Shown piece by piece: positions 11,634-21,716 of a stretch of 64,000 nucleotides of DNA; position 1 is the stretch's first letter; every line of letters begins with the position of its first letter. Source of the stretch: Candidatus Marinacidobacterales bacterium (lineage in GTDB: Bacteria > Acidobacteriota > Vicinamibacteria > Marinacidobacterales > DATDRI01); the NCBI GenBank assembly GCA_965219415.1, contig OZ244742.1:160001-224000 (forward strand). The letters run 5' to 3'. Under the pieces are notes generated by a model, which saw only the letters and a program-made list of their open reading frames with translations, was not told where the DNA came from and made no database searches. The position numbers and the translations under genes are program-made.

Positions 11634-13010
11634 CTAAGAAACTCCGGTGTGCGGACTCGATGCAGCCGCCTCTACCAACGTGTAGCCTAATTGACGAGCG
11701 CGACGCTGGAGGTTGTGGAGGACCCTCTCCTGATAATGTCTCTCGTAGTAGTCGGTGCCAGGATCGACATAGGCGAGTCCGAAGCGAACGGCGTTGTAGA
11801 ACAGCACTGCTAACTTTCTCGCTGTCGCGGTCACTGCCTTCGCCTTGCCGACTCGTGCGCCCACTCGACGGTAGAATGCACCAAGGGCGGTCTGCGTTCG
11901 CCCAACGTTCACCGCAGCGATACGAAAGAGCGCGGCGGCGCGATTCGAGGACCGACGCGACTTCGAACTCAGCACGCGGCCGCCCGAGATCTTGTTGCCG
12001 GGTGCTAGGGTCAGCCACGACGTGAAGTGTTTGGCGGTCGGCCATTTCCGCATGTCGTCACCGCATTCGGCGACGAGTCGCAGAACCGTGTACGGACCCA
12101 ATCCATGGATCTGGCTCAAATCGGCACCCAAGAGGGTATACAGAGCTCCCCGTACATCGAACTTCGGTTCGTTCTTCCCGCTCGCATGTCGGACACGTGG
12201 AATCGGCTCGTCGGGCGCAGTTCGATCGTGGTTCAGCTCGCCTATAGCGGCTTCGACCTCCACGTCGCATTCGGTGACCCTCGCTTGAACGAAGTCATAG
12301 AGTTGGAGCTCATGGCGTAGCGCGAAGAGGTGTTCGAGCCGGTAGTTACCTGTCAGAGCCTCGCGGATCGTTTCGACAGATTGCTTGCATCGGACGTCAC
12401 GGTACTGGGCAAGCACGTCGGGCTCGTGAACACCGCCGACTATAGCGCGAATGATCTTCATGCCCGTGACACCTGTAATATCAGTCACTACGTGCTGAAG
12501 CTGGACGTTCATCTGCATAAGGGCTTTCTGCATCCGCTGGATGTGCGTCGCTGCCTGGTTGATGAGGCGTTCACGGTGGCGAAGAAGTGCCCGGAGCCGA
12601 ACCAACTGACCACGAGGCCGGAAGCTGCCGCGAAGAAGACCATGCTCGTGCAGCTGCTGTAGCCACTGAGCATCGTTGACGTCGGTCTTCCGCCCTGGGA
12701 CATTCTTGACGTCACGTGCGTTGACCAGGAGCACCTCGAACCCGCGCGCTTCCAAGATCTCGAAGGCTGGAATCCAGTACACTCCTGTCGATTCCATAGC
12801 GATGGTGGTGATCCCGACCTCTGCGAGCCAGTCGGCCAACTGGTGTAGGTCGCCCGTGAAGCTTCGAAACGTCCGCACGGACATCTCGACCCGCTCCGGT
12901 GGGACCGCAACCACATGGAATGTCGCTCCGATGTCGATTCCTGCGGCGTTAACGTGGATGGACGTAATGGATCGTCTGGACGACTTCCGGCGCTTCCTTC
13001 TTGTCATCAT
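11634..13010 (-). CDS. IS110 family transposase
   Basis: AAGIDIG, AMESTGVYW, GRKTDVNDA, SWLTLAPGNKISGG, ATARKLA; intact 458 aa. Confidence 0.95.
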   Translation of the reverse strand: MMTRRKRRKSSRRSITSIHVNAAGIDIGATFHVVAVPPERVEMSVRTFRSFTGDLHQLADWLAEVGITTIAMESTGVYWIPAFEILEARGFEVLLVNARDVKNVPGRKTDVNDAQWLQQLHEHGLLRGSFRPRGQLVRLRALLRHRERLINQAATHIQRMQKALMQMNVQLQHVVTDITGVTGMKIIRAIVGGVHEPDVLAQYRDVRCKQSVETIREALTGNYRLEHLFALRHELQLYDFVQARVTECDVEVEAAIGELNHDRTAPDEPIPRVRHASGKNEPKFDVRGALYTLLGADLSQIHGLGPYTVLRLVAECGDDMRKWPTAKHFTSWLTLAPGNKISGGRVLSSKSRRSSNRAAALFRIAAVNVGRTQTALGAFYRRVGARVGKAKAVTATARKLAVLFYNAVRFGLAYVDPGTDYYERHYQERVLHNLQRRARQLGYTLVEAAASSPHTGVS

Positions 13011-13238
13011 TCCTCCTTCCGGATTAAACCCGAAAGGAGGGATGGGCGGAAGTTCATCATTTTCCTAAACGGGATCGCCAAATGGCGCCACCACTGTCAA
13101 GTCCGCAGCCACCCCCGGACCATGTTTTTTTACGGGATCGAAATCACCAGTAAGCGGACGGCCTCTCCTCTCGAGTAGCCAAGAGGGTAGCCGTCAGGGA
13201 GTTTCTGGTTCAACAGGAGGCGCGCCCGCGCTCGAAGG
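13011..13238 (-). ncRNA. Putative IS110 bridge RNA
   Basis: Two GATCCCG-led loops: GATCCCG-TAAAAAAA matches the target A-tract and GATCCCG-TTTAGGAA matches the donor end CTTAGG-AA. Confidence 0.7.
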
Positions 13239-13244
13239 TTTTTT

Positions 13245-13504
13245 AGAAAGTCACGCTCCATCCGAAGCTCCCGAACTTCCTTTCGGAAGCCACGCAGTTC
13301 TTCGAGTTCCTCGCTCGTCAGGGTTCCGGGACCGCCTTCACCACGGTCGATCCTGTCCTGCCTCACCCAGGCATAAAGCGACGTCTCCGTCACATCGATA
13401 TCCCGGGCTACCACGCTCACTGCCTTGCCGCTCTCCCGAACCAGCTGCACTGCCTCTGCTCGAAATTCCTTCGTGAACTGCCGACGTTTCTTTTTCTCTG
13501 CCAT
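13245..13504 (-). CDS. IS3 transposase OrfA (HTH), 3' end displaced by IS110
   Basis: RRQFTKEFRAEAVQLV...VARDIDV..SLYAWVRQ...LRMERDFLK. Confidence 0.9.
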
Positions 13505-13571
13505 CTGAACACCCATATACCTCTCCGTTCGTTAGGTGTCCACTGAAACGAAGCAGGCCCAAGGTCTCGCC

Positions 13572-14644
13572 TTACTCTACAATCGGAACACTATCTTCGT
13601 ACGTATCCCAGTTCTGCAAGAGCTCCCTGACTACCGCACTGCCTACTCGATAAGCGTTCTCGAGTGCAGGAAAGTAAGCTGAGTAGCCTTTGTCTTTCTT
13701 TTCACCGGAGAGGCTTTCCGCGGCGCTCAAGCCTTCGTGCGGCATGACGTAATTGCTCGCGCTTCGCAAGACCAAAAGGCGGGCCCGGTCCACCTTTCCC
13801 GCTTGCGCAAGAAAATTGAGGGCCTGGTGGGTGCCGGTATCTTCCATTGCCGAGGTGACGAAGTTTCCCTCGTCGTTGGTCCAGTAGTCTACCCAGTCGT
13901 TGGCCCAATCGTTGGCCCAATCGGTGAGCAGTCGGCCGTGCCAGAAGGTAGAGGAGGCCATGTTGTCACCTTTTAGGACAAAGGGAGGTCTCCGGGCGTT
14001 GGGGAAATGGACGTATCGGGAGCGCAACACTTTCATGGCTTCTATATCTTGAAGCGGAATGTCTTTGGTGAGTTGAAAGGCCCATTCCATGAGACCGGTA
14101 TTGAGGTGGTAAACGGCCCCTTCGTCATCGTCCGGGCGAGGCTTTTCGTAGGGACGGGACTTGCGCAAGGGAACGTAACCTGTGGGCCAGTCCTGGGGGC
14201 TTCGCGCATATCGATCTCATGCGCGATGTCCCCGTCCACAAGCCATTCGGCCCACGCGACTGAACCGAGCGACATATCCGCGGGGTCGGCTCCCGCGATG
14301 CCCGCGACCAACCAGTAAGCCTTGGTCAGGTCGAAGCGGGGATCCATTCCGAGTGCCATGACCGTGGAAGCCGCCCGTGCCGTGCCTATGCCGGTCACGA
14401 CGCCAAGAACGCCGTGTTCACTGTACCGGAGGTTCCGGTACCCCTGAGGAAAAGAGATGGTCTCGGGAAGTGGGAATTGCTCCACCCAGTTTTGAAATTC
14501 CCCGGGGCGGTCACCGGCATCATCGGCGGGTTCGAACATCGCGACGACGACGACCTTGACGGGGAGCCGGGCGTCAGGTGTTTGCGAGGGGTAAAGGGAC
14601 CCGGCTAGAAGAATGAGAGGAACAATCGATAATCCGCTCGTCAA
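13572..14644 (-). pseudogene. Purine nucleoside permease (NUP) family protein, frameshift near 14180
   Basis: VKVVVVAMFE, GEFQNWVE, DPRFDLTKAYWLVAGIAG, FWHG, SAMEDTG, LRSASNY. Confidence 0.85.
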
Positions 14645-14645
14645 A

Positions 14646-14722
14646 TGGTACGCCTGAGAGGACTTGAACCTCCGACCTACGGATTAGGAATCCGTCGCTC
14701 TATCCGGCTGAGCTACAGGCGC
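14646..14722 (-). tRNA. tRNA-Arg(CCT)
   Basis: GCGCCTGTAGCTCAGCCGGATAGAGCGACGGA-TTCCTAA-TCCGTAGGTCGGAGGTTCAAGTCCTCTCAGGCGTACCA; cloverleaf, encoded CCA. Confidence 0.97.
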
Positions 14723-14751
14723 ACAAGGACTTAGGACGACGCCCGATCCCG

Positions 14752-14775
14752 GTGTAGTGAATACCGTAGTGGAAT
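14752..14775 (+). repeat. Putative integrase arm-type site (copy 1)
   Basis: GTGTAGTGAATACCGTAGTGGAAT, repeated with 1 mismatch at 21717-21740. Confidence 0.7.
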
Positions 14776-15431
14776 GGACCCCGGTTTTTGCTCCATGATT
14801 CGCTCCACGCGTCCGCTTTGTGGCTCGGGCTCATATGGGCATATCGTACCACCATGTCCAACTCTTTCCATCCGCCGAGCTCCTGGACGGTGCGGAGGTC
14901 GACGCCGCCCATAACCAGCCTTGAGGCGAAGGTGTGCCTCAGCGTGTGGGGCGTCACATCTTTCGATAGACCCACGGTTCGCCTGGGCCGTGTCGAAGGC
15001 TGTGCGAATGGATTTCAACTGTTCGCCCTTGCGCGGCCCCTTCCAGGCGACAAAGATCGGGTCCTCAGGGCCTGTGTCGGTCGAAACCTTGCGTAACTTC
15101 GACAGCGCCGCATGTAGCTCGCTGTTAATCGGGATCGTTCTCGTCTCTCCATTTTTTGCGTAGGCTCCGTCGACCGTGAGCTGCTTGCGCGCCAAGTCAA
15201 CATTGCCCATCGAAGCGTGAGTGCCTCAGAGGCGGTCCGTGTGCCGGCATGGATGCCCACGAGGACAACGGTCTTCAGCGGTTCGGAGCAAACTGCTAGG
15301 AGCCGTTCCTCTTCATCGTGATCCAGGAATCGGATCTTCCCCTTCGGTTCCTTCAGGAACTTCACTTCGCAGACAGGGTTCTCACCCTCGAACTTCTTCC
15401 ATTGCCTGCACCGATTGAACAAGGCTTTCAA
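14770..15431 (-). pseudogene. Tyrosine recombinase/integrase, N-terminally truncated and frameshifted
   Basis: RFLDHDEEERLL, HAGTRTASE, AKNGETRTIP, HTLRHTFASRL, VQELGGW, VVRYAH. Confidence 0.9.
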
Positions 15432-15884
15432 GGTCCGGCGACCCGCGGGAGAAGCGGATGCTGGCAGCTTGGAGGCTTCTTGGAACCGTTCTCCGAAGGG
15501 ACTTCCTTAGTCTGATGGAACATCTTGGCGCACGCAAGAAGGTCCGGCGGAAGGGAGTCTAGCTAGCCCGCTTTTTCACGGAAGGGATGGGGACCATACC
15601 CTCTTCCCACCGGCCGTAGGCGGCATACCTCCTGTTTGTCCCCGCTCCGCTTCCGGTCGGCTTCGCCGCCAACATGGGCGGTGCGGGCCTAATGTCGCTC
15701 GTCCTACCCTTTCCAACCATCGGAGCTGGCGCGGTAGAGGAGGTGTTGAGTCTGTCTTTCATGGCCTTGACTCCGGGCAGCAGCACGCTAGGAATCTTTG
15801 GGAGTCCTCCAGCCATCCTGTTCTCCGGCGGCTTCCCGTTGTTTCCCGACCCGACGCTCGCGAGTGGCACCGTCACCGTGACAG

Positions 15885-17326
15885 GCGGAAAGTGTGCCAA
15901 TCTTAGTTGGGAATTGAAACGGCTCCAAACCCCGTGGTTTGGTGGCGTTGGACAAAACAAAATCAAACCGCGAAGAAAGGAGCCGAGATGGGAAGTCTGC
16001 TACGTTCGGTCAAGAAACGCAAGAAGTCGCGTCGTTTGGGTGAGGTCGAGATGGTGAGGCACGAGGATTACGGGGAACTCGCGCTGGACGCCAAGGTAGA
16101 GATGATCCGTTGGTTGGTCCCCCTTGGTCTAATGCACGTTCACGAGTTGCTCGACGACGAAGTGAAGGCGTTGGCGGGAGAGCGATACTCTCGCAAGGAC
16201 GAGCTGGAGCGCGGTCGCCGTCCCGGAAGCAACCCGGGCACGGTAGGGCTTGGCGGCCAGCGGGTACCGATCCGTGTGCCACGGGTTCGGAGCATCGAGG
16301 GAGGAGAGATTCCGCTTCGCTGCTACGAGGCGGTGAGCCACGGCGGTGAGGTGAATGATCTTCTGCTGAAACGAGTTCTCTACGGAATCTCTTGTCGCAA
16401 CTACGAGGCGGCAGCGGAAGCGATTCCGGGCGCCATCGGGCTGTCGAGCTCAACGGTGTCCCGAGGGTTCGTGCAAGCGAGCGCTGCGAAGCTGCGGGAG
16501 ATGCAGGAACGGGATCTGACCGGCGAGGATGTGGTGGTGCTGTTTCTGGATGGGAAGACATTCGCCGAGGCAACGATGGTCGTGGCTCTGGGCATCACGC
16601 TTTGCGGGGAAAAACGCTTCTTGGGCTTCGTGGAGACGGACACGGAGAACGCGCAGGTGTTGACGCCGTTCCTGCGTTCACTGCTCGAGCGGGGACTCGA
16701 TATCTCCCAGGGTCTGCTGGTGATCATCGACGGCGGCAAGGGTCTCCAAGCGGCAGTCAAGAAGGCATTCCGTAAGCGGGCCCTGATACAACGCTGCCAG
16801 TGGCACAAACGTGAAAACGTAGTGAGCTACCTGTCCAAGGGCGAGCAGGCGTCATGGCGCAAGCGGCTCCAGTGGGCCTACAACAGGCCGGAGTACGAAG
16901 AGGCCCTCACTGCGCTCGAGCAACTCCACGGTGAGTTAGAAGAGCGGAACCAATCTGCAGCTGACAGCCTGGAGGAAGGCCTCGAGGAGACGCTGACGTT
17001 GCATCGACTCGGCGTGCACGCGGTGCTGGGCCGTTCGTTCAAGACGACGAACTGCCTTGAGTCCGTCAATGCTCTCGTCGAGGAACGCTGCGCGAAGGTC
17101 GACCACTGGAAGAACTCGAGCCAACGCCAGCGCTGGTTGGCAACGGCGCTCGTAGACATCGAACCGCGCTTGAGGAAGGTGGTGGGCTACCGCCATCTTC
17201 CCAAGCTTCGCGAAGCTCTCAAGCGGGAACTGAAGATCGAGGCGAAGACATCAACCGTATCGAAGAAGAAGGTCGCTTAAACGTGAGCCGTGGAGAGTTT
17301 CAACTAAGAATGGGCTTGACTCTGCC
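15885..17326 (+). mobile_element. IS256-family element (type 2)
   Basis: Imperfect TIRs GGCGGAAAGTGTGCCAATCTTAGTTG / GGCAGAGTCAAGCCCATTCTTAGTTG. Confidence 0.8.
15988..17280 (+). CDS. IS256 family (mutator-type) transposase
   Basis: IRVPRVR, LFLDGK, IIDGGKGL, QRCQWHKREN, TTNCLESVN; ATG at 15988 after an AGGAG RBS. Confidence 0.9.
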   Translation: MGSLLRSVKKRKKSRRLGEVEMVRHEDYGELALDAKVEMIRWLVPLGLMHVHELLDDEVKALAGERYSRKDELERGRRPGSNPGTVGLGGQRVPIRVPRVRSIEGGEIPLRCYEAVSHGGEVNDLLLKRVLYGISCRNYEAAAEAIPGAIGLSSSTVSRGFVQASAAKLREMQERDLTGEDVVVLFLDGKTFAEATMVVALGITLCGEKRFLGFVETDTENAQVLTPFLRSLLERGLDISQGLLVIIDGGKGLQAAVKKAFRKRALIQRCQWHKRENVVSYLSKGEQASWRKRLQWAYNRPEYEEALTALEQLHGELEERNQSAADSLEEGLEETLTLHRLGVHAVLGRSFKTTNCLESVNALVEERCAKVDHWKNSSQRQRWLATALVDIEPRLRKVVGYRHLPKLREALKRELKIEAKTSTVSKKKVA

Positions 17327-17485
17327 TCCAGGCGTTCCGGAGCCAGCAACGTTTCTATTGATGGCGATCGGTTTGGCGGGGGTGAGCTTGCGTGCAACGC
17401 GGCGAGGCCAACGGTGGCCGGCTTCGGGCAATACCTCTGGTGGCCCCTCTCAATAGCGCGATACCAAATCGGCTCTCGGAAGGAA

Positions 17486-17830
17486 TCAATCGGGGATTGC
17501 GATATAGAGCATTTCCATTGGCAAGCCCTTCTGGTCAAAAGAGGGCTCCCCAACGAGACGTTGCAACGTGCCGCTGCGTGTCTCCGCTGTCACAAAGGCT
17601 TCGAGGGCATCGACGATGTCATCCGCTCTAACATCCTTCCGACGTATCTCCGCTAGAGCCCGGTCGAGCAAGTCGCCCGCGTCCTTCTCGTACCTCATGA
17701 GAACGTCGAGCCGCTCATTCCGGCCGGCTTGTGTCGACTTCCTATGCTTCATTGGCTTCTTTCCAGCCAGCGCCCAGAAGCACACCTCGGGGTGAATCTC
17801 ACGGACGGCGAAACCGTTTTGGACAACCTC
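17486..17830 (-). pseudogene. DUF429-like protein, C-terminal fragment
   Basis: REIHPEVCFWALAGKKPM...DDIVDAL...GLPME. Confidence 0.65.
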
Positions 17831-18234
17831 AGCGAATCAGCCTGGTCACCCTTAAAGGCCCTCGTTTGCACTCCGTGTGCCTGCCGTGCTACTAGCAACC
17901 TAACGGAAGGGCCAGGAGTCTTGCTCCACAATCTGGTCTACTACGCATTCTCCAAGCAGTAGTCCACCCCTAGCCAACGGCTCCACTCTGGTCCCTTCCA
18001 GCTGGGCGTTTCCAATTCCGAAAATGCGACGGAGGAGGGCCTTATGGAACGGGTGGGTCGGAGTGTTTGGGTTCTTTTCACGTTTTGCCTTATTTTTTGT
18101 CTGGCGGCCCTTGGCGAGCTGACATGGATTTATTGGAAGTTCGTTCCCGTACACGCAGTGGTTTTTGCGGGCCTCGCCGCAGAGCTTCAACTTCAAGATA
18201 GGATAGTCATCAGTGCTTCGCACTGGTTTATCCG

Positions 18235-19634
18235 GAGTTATAACCAGAAGTTGTGGATCGCCTGAATGAGAAAGGCGGCGTATCCTTCCATGTAAGACAA
18301 AGGCCAAACCGGTTTTAGCGAACCGGAGGAAGGAAACGCCACCGATGCTGAGGATACAAGATCCACCGAAGGAAACGAAACATGAGGAAGTCGGGACTGC
18401 GCTCGATGAGCTGGCTCGTGAGGGGGCGCGTCGAATGTTGATGACGGCGCTGGAGGAGGAAGTCGGAGACTACATCGAAAGCCACTCTCCGGAACGAGAC
18501 GAGAACGGACACGCGAGCGTAGTCCGCAACGGTCGAGCTCGAGCCCGCAAAGTGACGATGGGCTGCGGAACGATGGAAGTCGAGGCGCCGCGAGTCAACG
18601 ACAAGCGGGTGATCGATGGAGAACGTCAGCGCTTCACGAGCAGCATCTTACCTCCGTATATGCGTCGCTCCCCGAAGGTGAGTGAGGTTTTGCCGTTGCT
18701 GTACTTGCGCGGATTGTCGACGAACGATTTCGGGCCTGCGCTGAAGGAGCTGCTGGGCGAGGAGGCTTCGGGGCTTTCGTCGACGGCGATCACGAGGCTG
18801 ACGGCGAAATGGCAGTCGGAGTACGAAGAGTTTCGGAAACGAGACTTGAGCCGCGAGGATTACGCGTACATCTGGGTCGACGGCGTTCACTTCAATGTTC
18901 GTCTCGAAGACGACAGGCTTTGCACCCTTGTCGTTCTTGGTGTTCGGGCGGATGGGACGAAGGAGCTGCTCGCGGTGGAGGACGGTTATCGAGAGAGCGA
19001 GGAGAGCTGGGCGTACGTGCTGAGGGAACTAGATCGCCGCGGGATGAAACCTCCTCTTCTCGCCATCGGAGACGGCGCCTTGGGATTCTGGGTTGCGGTT
19101 CGAAACGTATGGCCGGAAACCCGTCACCAGTTGTGCTGCGTTCACAAGACAAAAAACGTCCTCGACAAGCTACCGAGGCGTCTTCATGGCCGTGTGAAGA
19201 GCGCCCTGAACGAGATCGTCAAGGCTGAGACCAGGGAGCAGGCGGAAGAAGCTCTTGAGCGGTTCGAATCGGACTACGGGGCCAAGTACCCCAAGGCTGT
19301 CGCATCCCTGACCAAGCACCAGGACAAACTCCTGACGTTCTACGATTTCCCCGCCGAGCACTGGGAGCACATCCGAACCGCCAACCCCATCGAGTCGGCG
19401 TTCGCCACGGTGCGACTCCGGCAGAGAGTTACCAAGGGAGCAGGCTCCCGTTCGAAAACCCTCCTCATGGCCTACAAGTTACTCGACATGGCGAGCCAAC
19501 GATGGCGCCGGGTGAACGCCCCCGCACTTGTCGCTCGGATACTTGAGGGAGAGAAGTTCGTCGACGGATTAAACGAAGAAGCGAGGAACGCCGCTTGACT
19601 CAGAAAGTTGATCCACAACTCTTGACAATATCTC
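18235..19634 (+). mobile_element. IS256-family element (type 1) copy A
   Basis: TIRs GAGTTATAACCAGAAGTTGTGGATC / GAGATATTGTCAAGAGTTGTGGATC; perfect 9-bp TSD GTTTATCCG. Confidence 0.95.
18345..19598 (+). CDS. IS256 family transposase
   Basis: RNG, LYLRGLST, YIWVDG, IGDGALGFW, TANPIES; 417 aa. Confidence 0.95.
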   Translation: MLRIQDPPKETKHEEVGTALDELAREGARRMLMTALEEEVGDYIESHSPERDENGHASVVRNGRARARKVTMGCGTMEVEAPRVNDKRVIDGERQRFTSSILPPYMRRSPKVSEVLPLLYLRGLSTNDFGPALKELLGEEASGLSSTAITRLTAKWQSEYEEFRKRDLSREDYAYIWVDGVHFNVRLEDDRLCTLVVLGVRADGTKELLAVEDGYRESEESWAYVLRELDRRGMKPPLLAIGDGALGFWVAVRNVWPETRHQLCCVHKTKNVLDKLPRRLHGRVKSALNEIVKAETREQAEEALERFESDYGAKYPKAVASLTKHQDKLLTFYDFPAEHWEHIRTANPIESAFATVRLRQRVTKGAGSRSKTLLMAYKLLDMASQRWRRVNAPALVARILEGEKFVDGLNEEARNAA

Positions 19635-20408
19635 GTTTATCCGGCTTCTGCCATTATTCATCCTCGTCGCTGTTTTGCTCAGTGGAGTGGTTATCACGGC
19701 GCTGCTAATTGCTTTTACGAAGATGCGTCGCTCTCCGTCCTTTGTCGTCGCAATCTCCACCCTCGTGTTGCTCTTTGGGATGGCTGCCGCTGCGACTTCC
19801 GCTTACGCGGTCTATAGGATGAATTTCACCTTAGTGGCAGCAGTGTCCCACTGGGCAGCTAGAGAGAAGGCGATTGAAAAGCTGGAAGAGGAATGGAACG
19901 AAGCTTTCGGGAGCAGAGATGTTGATGCTTTGGCGAGCATGATCACTGACGACTTCGTAGCAATGCCACCGAACGAGCCCGCGCTCGTCGGTAAAGAAGC
20001 CTACGTGCCATGGATAAGGGAGTTTTTGGCTGGATTGGAAGATGAGAACACGAATACTGAATCAGACGTTTCGACTGATGAAATTGTAGTCGACCGTGAT
20101 TGGGCGTTTGTGCGAGCCACCGTCAGCTGGGCGACCACGCCTGCTGCTGGTGGCGACCCGACGGCGGAAGGCCAAGTCTTGTACATCCACATCATTGCAC
20201 AGAGAGCCCGACGGCTCCTGGAAGCTTGCCCGCGACATTTGGAACGAGGACAACCCACTCGCGGGCTCGTCAACGCACTTGTCACTCACCTCTCCTAAAA
20301 GGAATGAATTTGGGGTGTGAGGATTGGGGGAGAGAGAGAAGAAGAGAGAGATGCCCACACGCCCCGGATTTGTTTTAGGGGGTCACGCTCACACAACCCG
20401 GAATGGCT

Positions 20409-21050
20409 TTAGGGGGAGTAGCCCGTCCGTGTGCGCACCGTTAGGCCGGGCCGGCCGTGCACACGCACTTCGACCTTGCGCCAATCATCCTCGCGACCAT
20501 TGGTTATAGGCACGTAGGAGATCCCGTATTGATGATTCAGGTCGCGTTGTACCGACTCCAAATTCCCTTCCAAGTCTTGGGCATTTTTCGCAAACAATGC
20601 AAGGCCGCCACTTTCCTGCGCGATTCGTTTCAGAAACGGTTTATTCATCGGGCGTGCTGTAGTTCCGGTCGCGAGCGAGTGGCGCCGGCTGTCGACGCCC
20701 AACGGGTAGATCACCACATCCGAACGCCGTACTGCTTGAGCCACATCTTTTTGCGAAGCGACACTACCGTAACCTGCGACCCTCGAATCGATCCCATCCG
20801 GATTCACCCGTTTGCATTCGGACAGTAAGTAGAATCGATAACTTCGGTACTTCAAAATGAAGTCGATTCGCGTTCCTTGGCCCTGAACGTAAACGGGGAA
20901 CTCTGAAACAACGAACTCCCAGCCAGCGTTCTCCTCGTTGCGCAGCCGGTCGATCTCCTTGATAACGGCAAACTGGAATCCATAGCCGTGCCTGCCAAGA
21001 GCGGCCTCGAACTCTCGGACTAACTTGTCGTCTGCGGGCTCGTTGGGCAT
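20409..21050 (-). CDS. Chimeric ORF: PD-(D/E)xK nuclease-like N-terminus joined to a VWA C-terminal half
   Basis: SEFPV...TRIDFILK...LLSECKR then DGIDS...DVVIYPLG...LKRIAQESGG...QYGISYVP...WRKVEVRV...RTRTGY. Confidence 0.6.
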   Translation of the reverse strand: MPNEPADDKLVREFEAALGRHGYGFQFAVIKEIDRLRNEENAGWEFVVSEFPVYVQGQGTRIDFILKYRSYRFYLLSECKRVNPDGIDSRVAGYGSVASQKDVAQAVRRSDVVIYPLGVDSRRHSLATGTTARPMNKPFLKRIAQESGGLALFAKNAQDLEGNLESVQRDLNHQYGISYVPITNGREDDWRKVEVRVHGRPGLTVRTRTGYSP

Positions 21051-21217
21051 ATCCTCGGCCTCGTAGCTTCAGCGAATCGCAGGCTACGGCGTGTGGGGCC
21101 CGAGTGTCAATCGATGAACGGGGGCTTGCAGGGTCAAGGGACAGGGATTGGCGGGGTGGAAAAGAATTTCTCATAGAGCCAAGCAAGCGAAGCTCCAAGC
21201 GCGATCAGCCACGGAAG

Positions 21218-21694
21218 CTAAGCCATCCAGGGCTCGCGTCTAGCCTTTTTTTCGCGGCGTATAGACTCGCGACCTTCTGAGACGCCAATCGCGTTCAGTC
21301 GGGGAGTGTTTGTGATTTCACTATTCGTTATGGCGCCGTCTCTCTGCGGAATGCTAATGACACCGTACTTGAGCGCTCGCCGCCGCAATCGGCGGTCAAG
21401 TTTTAGTCCATAGACCTCCCCGAAACCGTAGGTCAATCTGACGAGTCGCGAGCGCTCCTCGCGGAGTTCGGCGGTCCGCGAGTTCGAGCAAAGCTCCTCG
21501 AGTTTCTTGTGATCGACGATTGCCATGGAGGGCTCTATTGCTTTGTCGCGGATCCGCGCGAGTTCTTCGTCGAGAAGCCACATTCGAAGCGTGATGTAGC
21601 GCGTCATGATGACACGCTTAACGGCAAGGGCGAACGCCCATGGTAAGAGGGCGAGCGAAGACGAAGTGATTCGGTCGAGCGGTCGCGGGCTCAT
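21218..21694 (-). CDS. Hypothetical protein
   Basis: 158-aa ORF inside island 1; no family recognised. Confidence 0.35.
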   Translation of the reverse strand: MSPRPLDRITSSSLALLPWAFALAVKRVIMTRYITLRMWLLDEELARIRDKAIEPSMAIVDHKKLEELCSNSRTAELREERSRLVRLTYGFGEVYGLKLDRRLRRRALKYGVISIPQRDGAITNSEITNTPRLNAIGVSEGRESIRREKKARREPWMA

Positions 21695-21716
21695 CAGCGG
21701 CAGACACCCTCGAAAA

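Larger units (their letters stand above)
11631..13240 (-). mobile_element. IS110-family element 2, full length, AA core duplicated
   Basis: Removing the element and one AA restores IS3 orfA end TTT CTA AAA AAA ACG GCG GCG TAC (FLKKTAAY). Confidence 0.9.
10692..13561 (-). mobile_element. IS3-family element interrupted by IS110 element 2
   Basis: TG-initiated imperfect TIRs TGAGCTTGCTCCGGTTTGGTGGACA / TGGGCCTGCTTCGTTTCAGTGGACA; 3-bp TSD AGG at 10689-10691 and 13562-13564. Confidence 0.9.
15615..17440 (+). pseudogene. PEP-CTERM protein fragment split by an IS256 element
   Basis: ...LASGTVTVT before the IS; GVPEPATFLLMAIGLAGVSLRATRR immediately after it (from 17334). Confidence 0.65.
18044..20298 (+). 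pseudogene. Membrane protein with C-terminal NTF2/SnoaL-like domain, interrupted by IS256 copy A
   Basis: Removing the IS and one TSD joins ...ASHWFIR to LLPLFILVAVLL in frame; EEWNEAFGSRDVDALASMITDDFVAMPP, DGSWKLARDIWN. Confidence 0.7.

Noticed and set aside
13891-13925. 12-bp tandem duplication (DWAN-DWAN) in the NUP gene
   Set aside because: Simple in-frame slippage duplication in a probable pseudogene
20326-20351. GA-rich purine tract
   Set aside because: Short, imperfect and intergenic between convergent genes; no evidence of phase variation
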